A stretch of 64,000 nt of DNA from Tannerellaceae bacterium (GTDB lineage Bacteria > Bacteroidota > Bacteroidia > Bacteroidales > CAMTPD01): NCBI GenBank assembly GCA_051656605.1, contig JBOGCF010000043.1, positions 8,366 through 72,365 on the forward strand. Direction: 5' to 3'. Below, piece by piece: positions 42,343 to 51,498 of this stretch. The number at the start of each line of letters is the position of its first letter. Within the stretch, counting starts at the first letter, position 1. The notes under the pieces are model-generated. The model had not been told where the DNA came from. It made no database searches and worked only from the letters and a program-made list of their open reading frames with translations. Position numbers and translations under genes: made by a program.

Positions 42343-42777
42343 ATGGCACTACGTTACAAAACTGTCTGGAAGAAAGACATGCGAAAGGATGCACAAGAAG
42401 GTGCAAAACTGCTCTACGGGGCAACGGTGGTTACGGCTCAGTATTCGTTTGACCAACTGTGTAAAGACATCACGGACAACTGCTCGGCTACGGCCAGCGA
42501 CGTGATGATGGTGGTAAGCGCCATGGTTACCATGGCCAAGAAAGCATTGCTGCGTGGCGAAACCGTGGTGATCAATGGCTTTGGAAACCTGCGACTGCAA
42601 GCCGGAAGCCAAGGTGTAGGTTCGGAAGACGAATTCAAAACCAACTTGATGAAGAAGCCGAAGGTGATCTTTCGCCCCAGTACCTCATTGCTTGAGGTGA
42701 GAGGGCAGGTGCGCTACGAGGCACTTCAGGTAACCGAGAAAACCGTAGAGTGTGACAAACCTCACTCACTCGACTAA
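42343..42777 (+). CDS. HU-like DNA-binding protein (Bacteroidales HU-HIG type)
   Basis: 144 aa. ...QLCKDITDNCSATASDVMMVVSAMVTMAKKALLRGETVVINGFGNLRL... is the HU/IHF-like fold pattern typical of this cluster. Confidence 0.7.
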   Translation: MALRYKTVWKKDMRKDAQEGAKLLYGATVVTAQYSFDQLCKDITDNCSATASDVMMVVSAMVTMAKKALLRGETVVINGFGNLRLQAGSQGVGSEDEFKTNLMKKPKVIFRPSTSLLEVRGQVRYEALQVTEKTVECDKPHSLD

Positions 42778-42779
42778 GC

Positions 42780-43265
42780 ATGATGAAGCAGGGAACAACC
42801 TTTGCGCCTAAAAAGGTGCAATTCGTGAAGCAGCTCTCAGCGGCTGCTCGCGAGGCTTCGAAAGCCTTCGGACTAAACCCGTCGATGATCCTGGCACAAT
42901 CGGCCATCGAGACGGGGTGGGGTACCAGCTCCTATGCCGTAAATCACCACAATTACTTCGGAGTAATTGCCTGTGGCAAACCCAACGATTACTGGAAAGG
43001 CAGCAAGAGCCGCATCAATGCCCGGGGACTCTGCTTCAGGGGATATGCCACTGCCGAACAAAGCTTCATGGACTACGGCCGACTGCTCAGGGCGCAATAT
43101 CCCAAAGCCGCCACGCTCAGTTTCCATCCCGAAAGCTTTGCTCAGGAAATCTCCTACTCCGCCTACATCTGCGAGGGCAACGGCGACAACCGCGAGCACT
43201 ACCGCAAGATGCTCATCGCCATCGAGCAAGACATCCGCGACATCATGGATCACCACGATCTGTAA
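42780..43265 (+). CDS. peptidoglycan hydrolase (glucosaminidase-domain, often annotated N-acetylmuramoyl-L-alanine amidase)
   Basis: MILAQSAIETGWGTSSYAVNHHNYFGV matches the glucosaminidase (FlgJ-like) core. It starts 3 nt after the HU-like gene. Confidence 0.75.
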   Translation: MMKQGTTFAPKKVQFVKQLSAAAREASKAFGLNPSMILAQSAIETGWGTSSYAVNHHNYFGVIACGKPNDYWKGSKSRINARGLCFRGYATAEQSFMDYGRLLRAQYPKAATLSFHPESFAQEISYSAYICEGNGDNREHYRKMLIAIEQDIRDIMDHHDL

Positions 43266-43314
43266 GCGTGTATAATCATTAAACAGTTTCTTACCATTTA
43301 AAAAATCTACTGCC

Positions 43315-43428
43315 ATGAAGAAGATCAAAAGCATCCTCGAAATCCTCTGGGCCCTCTTCGGCCTACTCATCGGTCACTGTCCCAAAGACCCACCCGACAA
43401 ATGCCCCCTCCAACGCAACCCCGGCTAA
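43315..43428 (+). CDS. possible small membrane peptide (37 aa)
   Basis: Hand-translated ATG 43315 to TAA 43428: MKKIKSILEILWALFGLLIGHCPKDPPDKCPLQRNPG. It lies 50 nt after the hydrolase gene and before the 43547-43578 terminator. It is below the ORF-track size cutoff. Confidence 0.3.
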   Translation: MKKIKSILEILWALFGLLIGHCPKDPPDKCPLQRNPG

Positions 43429-43546
43429 CGGACGTTGAGTTGTAATGAATAAATATAAATTCAAGTGGTATTAGTCTATTGGCAAGAAGGGCTAAATGGT
43501 GTTATTTTTATTACTGTATTGTTTGATACAATACAAATTGTCAAAG

Positions 43547-43578
43547 AAACGAGCATTACTGTGAAGTAATGCTCGTTT
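43547..43578 (+). terminator. rho-independent terminator
   Basis: 14-bp perfect stem AAACGAGCATTACT / AGTAATGCTCGTTT with a 4-nt loop, followed by GCTTTT. Confidence 0.7.
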
Positions 43579-43741
43579 GCTTTTAGACAGATGTTCATGT
43601 TATTCATGAGAAAGGTCTGTAATCAAGACTATAATTACTTAAATAAGAAAATATAGTTAAAAATAATATTTGTTATTGTTTGTATGTAAATATTTATATG
43701 TTTGTGGGCGAGTGTATAGTTATTAATTAAGATTGTTTGTA

Positions 43742-45940
43742 ATGAAAGCTTATATTGGTCACATCAAAAAGCGAGATTCCGAACTAGAAATTCAATCTCT
43801 TGACGATCATTTGAAAGGAACGGCAGAGCTTTGTAAAAGTTTTGTTTCTAAGTTTGAGAATCCTGAACTGGGAGAGATACTTGGATTATTTCATGATCTG
43901 GGAAAATATTCAGATGCTTTTCAGAAGTATATTTTGAATGCAGCAACAACCGAAAGTGATGAGATTAGAGGTAAAGTAGACCATTCATCAGCAGGTGCTA
44001 TTTATTTATCACAGAGTGATAAAGCATTGGGTCTGATTACTGCATATTGCATTGCGGGACATCATGCTGGTTTATTGAACTGGGCTCATGAAGAAGGAGT
44101 GTCAGGAGATCTGCAATCGAGACTTTCCAAAAAAGAGTTGTTACAACTCGTTGAATCTCATATTAAACAGAGTAAACCTTTTGAAAATGTAAAGCTATTA
44201 TCAAAAATGAAGAGCGAAGAGAGCTTTAACCATTTGGTGAGACTTCTATTTTCGTGTCTTGTTGATGCAGATTTTCTTGATACCGAACGGTTTATGAATC
44301 CCGAGAGTTTTGCTAAAAGAAGCCGGTTTAAGACGCTGACCGAACTTAGCGGTTATTTTGATCATTACATGCAACAATTACAGGTTGATGCAAAACCAAC
44401 AGAAATAAATAAATGGCGTAAGTCTATTCAAGACGATTGTATAAAAGCGGGAAAGGAAAATCATAAATTCTTTTCCTTGTCTGTTCCTACCGGAGCAGGA
44501 AAAACGCTTTCCTCTATAGCATTCGCTTTCGAACATGCCCGGAAGTATAATAAAGAACGAATTATTATAGCAATTCCTTATACGAGTATTATAACGCAAA
44601 CAGCTCATACACTGAAGAAAATATTTGGTGAAGATCAAGTTATAGAGCATCATTCAAATTTCGATGATTCGGATATTACAGCAGAATTAAAATTAGCAAT
44701 TGAAAACTGGGATGCTCCCATTATTGTAACTACAAACGTACAGTTGTTTGAGTCGATGCATGGAAACAGACCTTCGCAGTGCAGAAAGCTTCATAATATG
44801 TGTAATAGTATCGTGATACTCGATGAAACACAATTACTACCATATGACTTTTTAGAACCCATATTGAGTTCGTTGAATGCCTATAGTGAACTCGTTAATA
44901 CCACATTCTTACTTACTACTGCTACCGATCCGGATTTTTATGGTCGTATAGGAATGAGAAAAGCGTCTTTTTCAGGCTTGTCTGAGAAGCCTTTTGAAAT
45001 CGTAAAAGATCTTGATTCGATGTATAAGGTGTTTAGAAGAACGAATCTTCAATTTCCAATAGATCTTGAATACAAAAAATCATACACTGAACTGGCTGAA
45101 GAATTGAGTTGTTTGGATCAGGTACTGTGTGTAGTAAATACCCGAAAAGAGTGTAAGGAAATATACGATCTTATGCCGGAAGGAACAATTCACTTGTCAC
45201 GTATGATGTGCTCTGCGCACATTATGAAGAATATCGAAACTATTCGGCAAAAATTAAAGAATGGAGAATCGGTGCGAGTGATAAGCACGCAACTGATTGA
45301 AGCCGGTGTAGACTTAGACTTCCCCAATGTGTATAGAGCTTTTGCAGGCTTAGATTCGGTTTTACAAGCAGCAGGACGTTGCAACCGGGAAGGGCAAATG
45401 AAGGAACTGGGGAAAGTCGTAGTTTTTCGAGGAGAGCGAGATGCTCCTGCCGGATATATTCGTAAAGGGGCTCTTTCTTTAAAAGATATGCTACTAGTTG
45501 GCACAAATGAAAATATGGATTTACCTGATCAGATCAAGCAGTATTTCAAAAGCTTTCAATCCCGACTTGATACATTTGATAAAAAAGATATTAAAGGAGC
45601 TCTTTGTAAAAACTCTCGAGTTGCACATTTTCAATTTGCCACTGCTGCAATTGATTTTAAATTGATTGAGAGTGGAGATACTGTTTCCGTTTTTATTAAT
45701 TATGACAAAGGTGCTGATTGGATAAAAGAGTTTAAGGAGAAGGGACCCGAATCGTGGTTGATGCGGAGAATGCAAAATTATTGTGTCAATCTACGGCGAT
45801 CTGATGTGAAAATTTTGCAGGAGGCAGGAGCTATAGAAAATATACATGGAGTCTGGCTGCAATGCGATGCGAATATGTATAGACCAGAAGCCGGAGTGGT
45901 TGTTGCAAATAAATGGACAGACGAAATATTAATAGTCTAA
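43742..45940 (+). CDS. cas3: Cas3 helicase-nuclease (HD plus SF2 helicase), type I-C
   Basis: HD domain LGLFHDLGKYSDAFQ...DHSSAGA, Walker A SVPTGAGKT and DExx VILDETQ. The track ORF starts at a TTG (43733), so ATG 43742 is preferred. A TATGTTTG box lies at 43697-43704. Confidence 0.95.
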   Translation: MKAYIGHIKKRDSELEIQSLDDHLKGTAELCKSFVSKFENPELGEILGLFHDLGKYSDAFQKYILNAATTESDEIRGKVDHSSAGAIYLSQSDKALGLITAYCIAGHHAGLLNWAHEEGVSGDLQSRLSKKELLQLVESHIKQSKPFENVKLLSKMKSEESFNHLVRLLFSCLVDADFLDTERFMNPESFAKRSRFKTLTELSGYFDHYMQQLQVDAKPTEINKWRKSIQDDCIKAGKENHKFFSLSVPTGAGKTLSSIAFAFEHARKYNKERIIIAIPYTSIITQTAHTLKKIFGEDQVIEHHSNFDDSDITAELKLAIENWDAPIIVTTNVQLFESMHGNRPSQCRKLHNMCNSIVILDETQLLPYDFLEPILSSLNAYSELVNTTFLLTTATDPDFYGRIGMRKASFSGLSEKPFEIVKDLDSMYKVFRRTNLQFPIDLEYKKSYTELAEELSCLDQVLCVVNTRKECKEIYDLMPEGTIHLSRMMCSAHIMKNIETIRQKLKNGESVRVISTQLIEAGVDLDFPNVYRAFAGLDSVLQAAGRCNREGQMKELGKVVVFRGERDAPAGYIRKGALSLKDMLLVGTNENMDLPDQIKQYFKSFQSRLDTFDKKDIKGALCKNSRVAHFQFATAAIDFKLIESGDTVSVFINYDKGADWIKEFKEKGPESWLMRRMQNYCVNLRRSDVKILQEAGAIENIHGVWLQCDANMYRPEAGVVVANKWTDEILIV

Positions 45941-45961
45941 TATCAATCAATAATAGATAAC

Positions 45962-46675
45962 ATGGAATATCATAACAAAGAGTTTTGTCTCGAGGTGTGG
46001 GGAGATATGGCTTGTTTTACCCGACCGGAGATGAAAGTGGAACGTGTGAGTTACGACGTGATTACACCGTCGGCAGCTCGTGCGGTATTTGAAGCAATCT
46101 TTTGGAAGCCAGCCATAGAGTGGCGTGTAAAAAAGATTGAGGTCTTAAACCCAATCAAATGGACTTCGGTAAGACGCAATGAAATTGGATCTTTAATGAG
46201 TCATCGAAGTGATGGTATTTATATAGAAGAGGCAAGACAGCAAAAGGCTGGTTTGTTGCTGAAAGATGTGCATTATCGGATTACAGCCGAACTCGTGTTT
46301 ATTCCGATGAGAAATAGAGCGGAGTTGTTTGCAGAAGAAGGAAGAAGTTTGGTTGATGCAAAAGAACAAGAAATGATGCGAGCGGATGAAAATCCGGGAA
46401 AATACAATGCAATGTTTGAGCGAAGAGCTCGAAAAGGGCAGTGCTTTACACAACCTTATCTGGGCTGCAGGGAGTTTTCGGCTTCCTTCAAACTGGTTGA
46501 ATCTCCTCAAAATGAAAGATTGCAACCGATTAGTGAATCTAAAGATTTAGGATTTATGCTTTTTGATATGGATTTTACTAATAAGAATAATCCACAGGCA
46601 ATGTTCTACAGAGTGAACATGAATAATGGTGTTATTCATGTTCCAGAAAAAGAAAGTGAGGAGGTACTGAGATGA
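45962..46675 (+). CDS. cas5: Cas5c (Cas5d), the pre-crRNA-processing Cas5 of type I-C
   Basis: CLEVWGDMACFTRPEMKVERVSYDVITPSAARAVFEAIFWKP is the canonical Cas5c N-terminus. Confidence 0.93.
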   Translation: MEYHNKEFCLEVWGDMACFTRPEMKVERVSYDVITPSAARAVFEAIFWKPAIEWRVKKIEVLNPIKWTSVRRNEIGSLMSHRSDGIYIEEARQQKAGLLLKDVHYRITAELVFIPMRNRAELFAEEGRSLVDAKEQEMMRADENPGKYNAMFERRARKGQCFTQPYLGCREFSASFKLVESPQNERLQPISESKDLGFMLFDMDFTNKNNPQAMFYRVNMNNGVIHVPEKESEEVLR

Positions 46676-48438
46676 TCTTAAATGCATTATACGACTACTA
46701 TCAAAGAAAAAGTGCAGATCCGGAAAGTGGAATTGCTCCTTTGGGTTTTGAATGGAAAGAAATTCCGTTTATTATCGTAATTGATAAGAAGGGGAGTTTT
46801 AAATATATAGAGGATACTCGTGATCTTGGAGATAAAAAAAAGCGGGCAAAATCGTTCTTGGTTCTGAAAAGTGTAGGGCGTCCTGGTAAGAATAGTTGGC
46901 AAACTGCATTTTCATTGTGGGATCACTACGGTTACGTACTGGCTCATCCGAAAGATGAAAGCAAAAGTGCAAAAGAAAGTGCATTGCAACAACAAGGTAC
47001 ATTTATTAAGCGGGTTGAAGAATTAGCATCGAGGTATCCATCTAATCAAGAAATAGAGGCTGTTCGCTTATTTTATCAGTCACAGGAGAATATAGATTCG
47101 CTATTTGCGACAGATCTTTGGGCAGAGTGTAAAAAGAAGCCGGGAGTGAATATGTCGTTCCGTATTGTAGGGACAGACTTGCTTGTAGCGGAGCATCCGG
47201 ATTTGGCAATGGAGGTTCAATCGGAAGAAGATGGTCAAGAAGGTGAATCGCTAATGGGTAGATGCTTGATAACCGGGAAATATGATAAGATTGCAACCCT
47301 ACACACTGCGATATCGTTAGTTGGAGCCAAAAGCGGTGCTAAGTTGGTTGGCTTCCAAAAGAACTCCGGTTATGATTCTTACAAAAAAGAACAAGGGGCC
47401 AATGCTCCTATATCCGTTTCGGCAGAGGCAGCTTATACAACAGCGTTAAATACGTTGTTATCCAAAGATTCAAAAAATAAATTGCGTGTAAGTCAATCTA
47501 CATTTGTGTTTTGGAGTGAAAAAGAAGATTTACTTGAAGATGTTTTTGCTTCTTTTTTTGAATCTGAATCTAAAGATAATCCGGATAAAAACATTGAAGA
47601 GATTCGCAGTTTCTTAAATTCATATAGAACCGGAGTTTATAATACACAATCAGATACAGAATTCTATGTCTTGGGCTTAGCTCCCAATTCTGCTCGAATT
47701 TCTGTTACCTATTTCTGGAAGGGTAAGATTTCCGGTATCGCATCGAATATAGCTCAACATTTCAACGATTTGATGATCGTTAGACGATCTGAATCGGATC
47801 GTGAATATGTGCCACTTTTTTATTTACTCACAAGTATTGCGACACAGAATAAGATTGATAATTTACCACCCAACTTGATTGTTTCAATGTCTCAGAGCAT
47901 TATTCAAGGAACAATGTATCCGGCTCAATTGCAGAATCTGTGTATTAATAGAATCAGAGCAGATAGAAAAATAAATTATGCTCGAGCATCTATATTAAAG
48001 GCTTATATCAACAGAAAAAATAGAATATTAAATCTCACAAAAGAAAGGGAAATTACTATGGCTTTAGATTTAGAAAATAAAAATCAAGGTTATTTGCTAG
48101 GCCGCCTTTTTGCGGTATTAGAAAATATTCAGTCGCAAGCTATTCAGGGGTTGAATGCAACGATTAAAGATCGTTATTATGGAGCGGCTTCTACTACACC
48201 GGTTACCGTATTCGGACGTTTACTGGATTTATCAAATCACCATTTAGGCAAACTGCCTGGAGGTAGTAAAGTGTATTTTGAGAAGAAGCTTCAGGATATA
48301 ATTGATGGTATTAGTAGTTCAGGTATGCCGAGTCATTTGAATTTAGACGATCAGTCTCGTTTTGCAATTGGTTATTACCATCAACGAAAAGAGCTATTTA
48401 CTTCAAACAAAGAAAACGTAACAGAAACAAACAATTAA
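46672..48438 (+). CDS. cas8c: Cas8c (Csd1), large subunit of type I-C Cascade
   Basis: 588 aa. The N-terminus MILNALYDYYQRK is typical of Csd1. It overlaps cas5c by 4 nt and sits between cas5c and cas7c. Confidence 0.9.
   Translation: MILNALYDYYQRKSADPESGIAPLGFEWKEIPFIIVIDKKGSFKYIEDTRDLGDKKKRAKSFLVLKSVGRPGKNSWQTAFSLWDHYGYVLAHPKDESKSAKESALQQQGTFIKRVEELASRYPSNQEIEAVRLFYQSQENIDSLFATDLWAECKKKPGVNMSFRIVGTDLLVAEHPDLAMEVQSEEDGQEGESLMGRCLITGKYDKIATLHTAISLVGAKSGAKLVGFQKNSGYDSYKKEQGANAPISVSAEAAYTTALNTLLSKDSKNKLRVSQSTFVFWSEKEDLLEDVFASFFESESKDNPDKNIEEIRSFLNSYRTGVYNTQSDTEFYVLGLAPNSARISVTYFWKGKISGIASNIAQHFNDLMIVRRSESDREYVPLFYLLTSIATQNKIDNLPPNLIVSMSQSIIQGTMYPAQLQNLCINRIRADRKINYARASILKAYINRKNRILNLTKEREITMALDLENKNQGYLLGRLFAVLENIQSQAIQGLNATIKDRYYGAASTTPVTVFGRLLDLSNHHLGKLPGGSKVYFEKKLQDIIDGISSSGMPSHLNLDDQSRFAIGYYHQRKELFTSNKENVTETNN
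48058..48438 (+). CDS. cas11: candidate nested Cas11c (small subunit) translated from an internal in-frame start of cas8c
   Basis: In-frame ATG at 48058 (Met463 of Cas8c) preceded by purine-rich AAAGAAAGGGAA. The 126-aa helical product begins MALDLENKNQGYLLGRLFAVLENIQ. Internal Cas11 translation has been described for type I-C systems. Confidence 0.45.
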   Translation: MALDLENKNQGYLLGRLFAVLENIQSQAIQGLNATIKDRYYGAASTTPVTVFGRLLDLSNHHLGKLPGGSKVYFEKKLQDIIDGISSSGMPSHLNLDDQSRFAIGYYHQRKELFTSNKENVTETNN

Positions 48439-48450
48439 AAGATTAATATC

Positions 48451-49326
48451 ATGGAAAAGCAAATTGAAAACAAGTTCGATATCGTTTTATTATTTGATGT
48501 ACAAGATGGTAATCCGAATGGAGACCCAGACGCCGGAAACTTACCTCGCGTAGATGCAGAAACCGGTTTAGGATTGGTTACTGATGTTTGCGTGAAACGC
48601 AAAATCAGAAATTACGTGCAATTGGTAAGAGGCTGTGTGAAGCCGTATGATATATTCATAAAGGAGAAAGCAATTCTAAACAATCTTATTGGCGAAGCTT
48701 TTCAACAAGACGAAGTAAAGGCTGTTGAAAGTGATAAAAAGAAAGGAGAGAAAAATGAGGCTGCTCGTCAATGGATGTGTAAAAACTATTATGATGTTCG
48801 CACCTTTGGAGCTGTAATGTCTACAGGTGAAAATGCAGGGCAAGTGCGTGGTCCGCTGCAATTTACATTTGGTCGTTCTATTGATCCTATTGTTTCTCTT
48901 GAGCATACAATTACACGTATGGCTGTTGCAACTGAGGGAGAAGCAGAAAAACAAAGTGGAGATAATAGAACAATGGGTCGTAAAACAACTGTCCCTTATG
49001 GTTTATACAGAACTCATGGTTTTATATCTGCAAACTTGGCTAAGCAAACCGGTTTTGATGTAGATGACCTAGAGTTGTTAAAAGAAGCTTTGGTCAATAT
49101 GTTTGAGCATGATCGCTCGGCTGCTCGTGGACTAATGAGTACTCAGAAGTGTTTCCTGTTTAAGCATGTTTCTGCTCTTGGTAATGCTCCTTCTCATAAA
49201 TTATTTGACTTGATAAAAGTGTCGAAGAAAGAGGGTGTGGACGTGCCTCGTTCGTTTGCAGATTATGATGTGGTTATTGATAAAGATAATTTGCCATCTG
49301 GGGTTGAATTGATAAGCTTAATTTGA
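48451..49326 (+). CDS. cas7: Cas7c (Csd2)
   Basis: [23 protein letters not shown] and [10 protein letters not shown] motifs. Confidence 0.95.
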   Translation: MEKQIENKFDIVLLFDVQDGNPNGDPDAGNLPRVDAETGLGLVTDVCVKRKIRNYVQLVRGCVKPYDIFIKEKAILNNLIGEAFQQDEVKAVESDKKKGEKNEAARQWMCKNYYDVRTFGAVMSTGENAGQVRGPLQFTFGRSIDPIVSLEHTITRMAVATEGEAEKQSGDNRTMGRKTTVPYGLYRTHGFISANLAKQTGFDVDDLELLKEALVNMFEHDRSAARGLMSTQKCFLFKHVSALGNAPSHKLFDLIKVSKKEGVDVPRSFADYDVVIDKDNLPSGVELISLI

Positions 49327-49331
49327 TTTGA

Positions 49332-50009
49332 ATGATAGAATATGGAGATGAAGACCTGTTGATGCTTTCCGGAATACAGCATGTCGCTTTTTGTGAGCGT
49401 CAATGGGCACTGATCCATATCGAGCAGTTTTGGGCTGAAAGCAAGTTGACCATTGAGGGAGAGTATTTACATAGAAAAGTAGACGATCCTCTTTATAAGA
49501 GTGAGCGAAGTGGTGTGATCACGCTTCGCTCACTTCCTCTTGTTTCCAGAAAACTCGGTTTGTATGGATTGGCAGATGCTGTAGAATTTCATCAAGTAGA
49601 AGTGCCGGATAATGCGATCATGTTGCCCGGTTATCAAGGATATTGGGCGATTTGTCCGGTTGAGTATAAACGGGGGAAACCCAAGAAAGATGAGATCGAT
49701 AAAGTGCAGTTGTGTGCTCAAGCGATGTGTCTTGAGGAAATGTATTCGATCGAAATAGAGCAAGGTTCATTGTTTTACCACGAGATAAGGCGAAGAGAGT
49801 CAGTCGTGTTTGATTATGCTTTGAGATCATTAGTGATTGAGAAGGCTAAACGAATGCACGAGCTCTATGATCAAAAAAAAATACCGTTGCCTGTATTTTT
49901 ACCTCATTGTAAATCATGTTCCTTGTATGACGAATGTATGCCGGAGTTTTTTTCAAAGGAACATTCTGTCGCGAAGTATTTAAATGAGACCTTAAACACA
50001 ACAATATGA
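49332..50009 (+). CDS. cas4: Cas4 (RecB-like nuclease with an Fe-S cysteine cluster)
   Basis: N-terminal Cys (VAFCERQW), C-terminal HCKSCSLYDEC, and a central ...DAVEF...EYKRGK nuclease motif. Confidence 0.9.
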   Translation: MIEYGDEDLLMLSGIQHVAFCERQWALIHIEQFWAESKLTIEGEYLHRKVDDPLYKSERSGVITLRSLPLVSRKLGLYGLADAVEFHQVEVPDNAIMLPGYQGYWAICPVEYKRGKPKKDEIDKVQLCAQAMCLEEMYSIEIEQGSLFYHEIRRRESVVFDYALRSLVIEKAKRMHELYDQKKIPLPVFLPHCKSCSLYDECMPEFFSKEHSVAKYLNETLNTTI

Positions 50010-51037
50010 GAAAACTATTAAATACCTTATTTGTAACTACACCGGAGGCCTATTTGTCGCGAGATGGTGAAAATGTAGTTGTGAAAAAAGATAATCAAGA
50101 ATTGATTCGTATACCGATTGTCAATATTGAGTCAATTGTGAGCTTTGGGTATATGGGAGCTAGTCCCGGACTAATGCAGCTGTGTGCAACGAACAATGTC
50201 TCTTTGTGTTTTCTCACTCAATCAGGCTTTTTTCAAGGAAGAGTAATAGGTCCTGTAAAAGGGAATGTCATATTACGCAGAAAGCAGTATAGAGTGGCTG
50301 ACGATAAAGAGGAAGCATTGCAAATCAGTCGAATAATGATAGCCGGAAAGATACAGAATTATCGAAGCATACTAGCCCGAGGTAATAGAGATTATGATTT
50401 CGGATCGAATACGCCTGAAGTAGAAAGAGCAATCTCTCTATTGAACCAAAAGAAAGATAAAGCACTTGTTTGCTTAACTTTTGATGAATTAAGAGGAATC
50501 GAAGGAGATGCAGCCAGCTTATATTTCTCGGTATTTCCACATTTAATTATAGCGCAAAAGAAGGATTTTATATTTGAAGGACGAAACCGTCGTCCACCTA
50601 CTGACGAGGTTAATGCAATGCTTTCTTTTGTATATACATTAATTGCTCATGAAGTTCAGTCAGCTCTCGAGTCTGTTGGTCTTGATCCATATGTAGGTTT
50701 TCTTCACACGGATCGTCCCGGACGTGTGAGCTTAGCACTGGATATGATGGAAGAACTACGAGCCTATTTAGGTGATCGCCTTATATTGTCTTTAATTAAT
50801 CGCAAGCAGGTCTCAAAATCTGGATTTAGGCACAATGGAGATAAAGGTATTGTAATGGATGATGAAACAAAGAAAACATTGATATCTGCGTGGCAAAAGC
50901 GTAAGAAGGAAACTATTAAGCATCCATATTTGGAGGAAAATATTCCGATTGGACTACTCTCTTATGTACAAGCAATGTTGATGGCTCGTTATCTTAGAAA
51001 TGAAATTGATAATTATCCTGTATTTATAGTTCGATAG
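50006..51037 (+). CDS. cas1: Cas1 (type I-C)
   Basis: 343 aa. NAMLSFVYTLIAHEV...GLDPYVGFLHTDRPGRVSLALDMMEELR is the Cas1 core. It overlaps cas4 by 4 nt. Confidence 0.95.
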   Translation: MRKLLNTLFVTTPEAYLSRDGENVVVKKDNQELIRIPIVNIESIVSFGYMGASPGLMQLCATNNVSLCFLTQSGFFQGRVIGPVKGNVILRRKQYRVADDKEEALQISRIMIAGKIQNYRSILARGNRDYDFGSNTPEVERAISLLNQKKDKALVCLTFDELRGIEGDAASLYFSVFPHLIIAQKKDFIFEGRNRRPPTDEVNAMLSFVYTLIAHEVQSALESVGLDPYVGFLHTDRPGRVSLALDMMEELRAYLGDRLILSLINRKQVSKSGFRHNGDKGIVMDDETKKTLISAWQKRKKETIKHPYLEENIPIGLLSYVQAMLMARYLRNEIDNYPVFIVR

Positions 51038-51039
51038 AT

Positions 51040-51330
51040 ATGATGGTATTGATTACTTACGACGTTGAAACCATTGACAAGGCGGGCCAAAAACGATTGC
51101 GTCAAGTTGCTAAGCAATGCGTGAACTATGGTCAGAGAGTGCAAAACTCCGTTTTTGAATGTATTCTTACGCCTGCCCAATTTACGTCGTTGAAGATTAA
51201 GCTGACTGAAATAATAGATGATAATAAGGATAGTTTACGGTTCTATTACTTAGGGAAGAATTGGGTAAATAATGTCGAATCAGTAGGGAAAGTTACATCC
51301 TTTGATATGGAGGGAGACTTGATTGTTTAA
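51040..51330 (+). CDS. cas2: Cas2 (type I-C)
   Basis: 96 aa. MMVLITYDV...RLRQVAKQCVNYGQRVQNSVFEC is the typical Cas2 pattern. Confidence 0.93.
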   Translation: MMVLITYDVETIDKAGQKRLRQVAKQCVNYGQRVQNSVFECILTPAQFTSLKIKLTEIIDDNKDSLRFYYLGKNWVNNVESVGKVTSFDMEGDLIV

Positions 51331-51498
51331 ATGCGAACCCGAAGCTGTTGAAAAACACAGGCAGGTTCGCAGGTGTTGATTATAAGCGTCCTATGTGGAA
51401 GTGAGAGCCGTTATATATGATAAACTGCTTTCATTTTTTATATGTACGCAAAATCATGTATTTTTGTACTTTAAATAACTAGCTTTTTCAGCTAGGCA
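51331..51498 (+). promoter_or_regulatory. leader of the type I-C array, with a TGCGAACC...GGTTCGCA hairpin
   Basis: An 8-bp stem (51332-51339 / 51364-51371) sits directly after the cas2 stop, followed by AT-rich sequence up to the first repeat. It resembles, from memory, the GCGAACC/GGTTCGC motif seen in other I-C leaders. Confidence 0.5.

Noticed and set aside
42873-43370. Three overlapping ORFs (165, 121 and 102 aa) across the glucosaminidase-domain gene.
   Set aside because: They are a by-product of locally high GC content. Only the 42780-43265 frame carries the conserved hydrolase motif.
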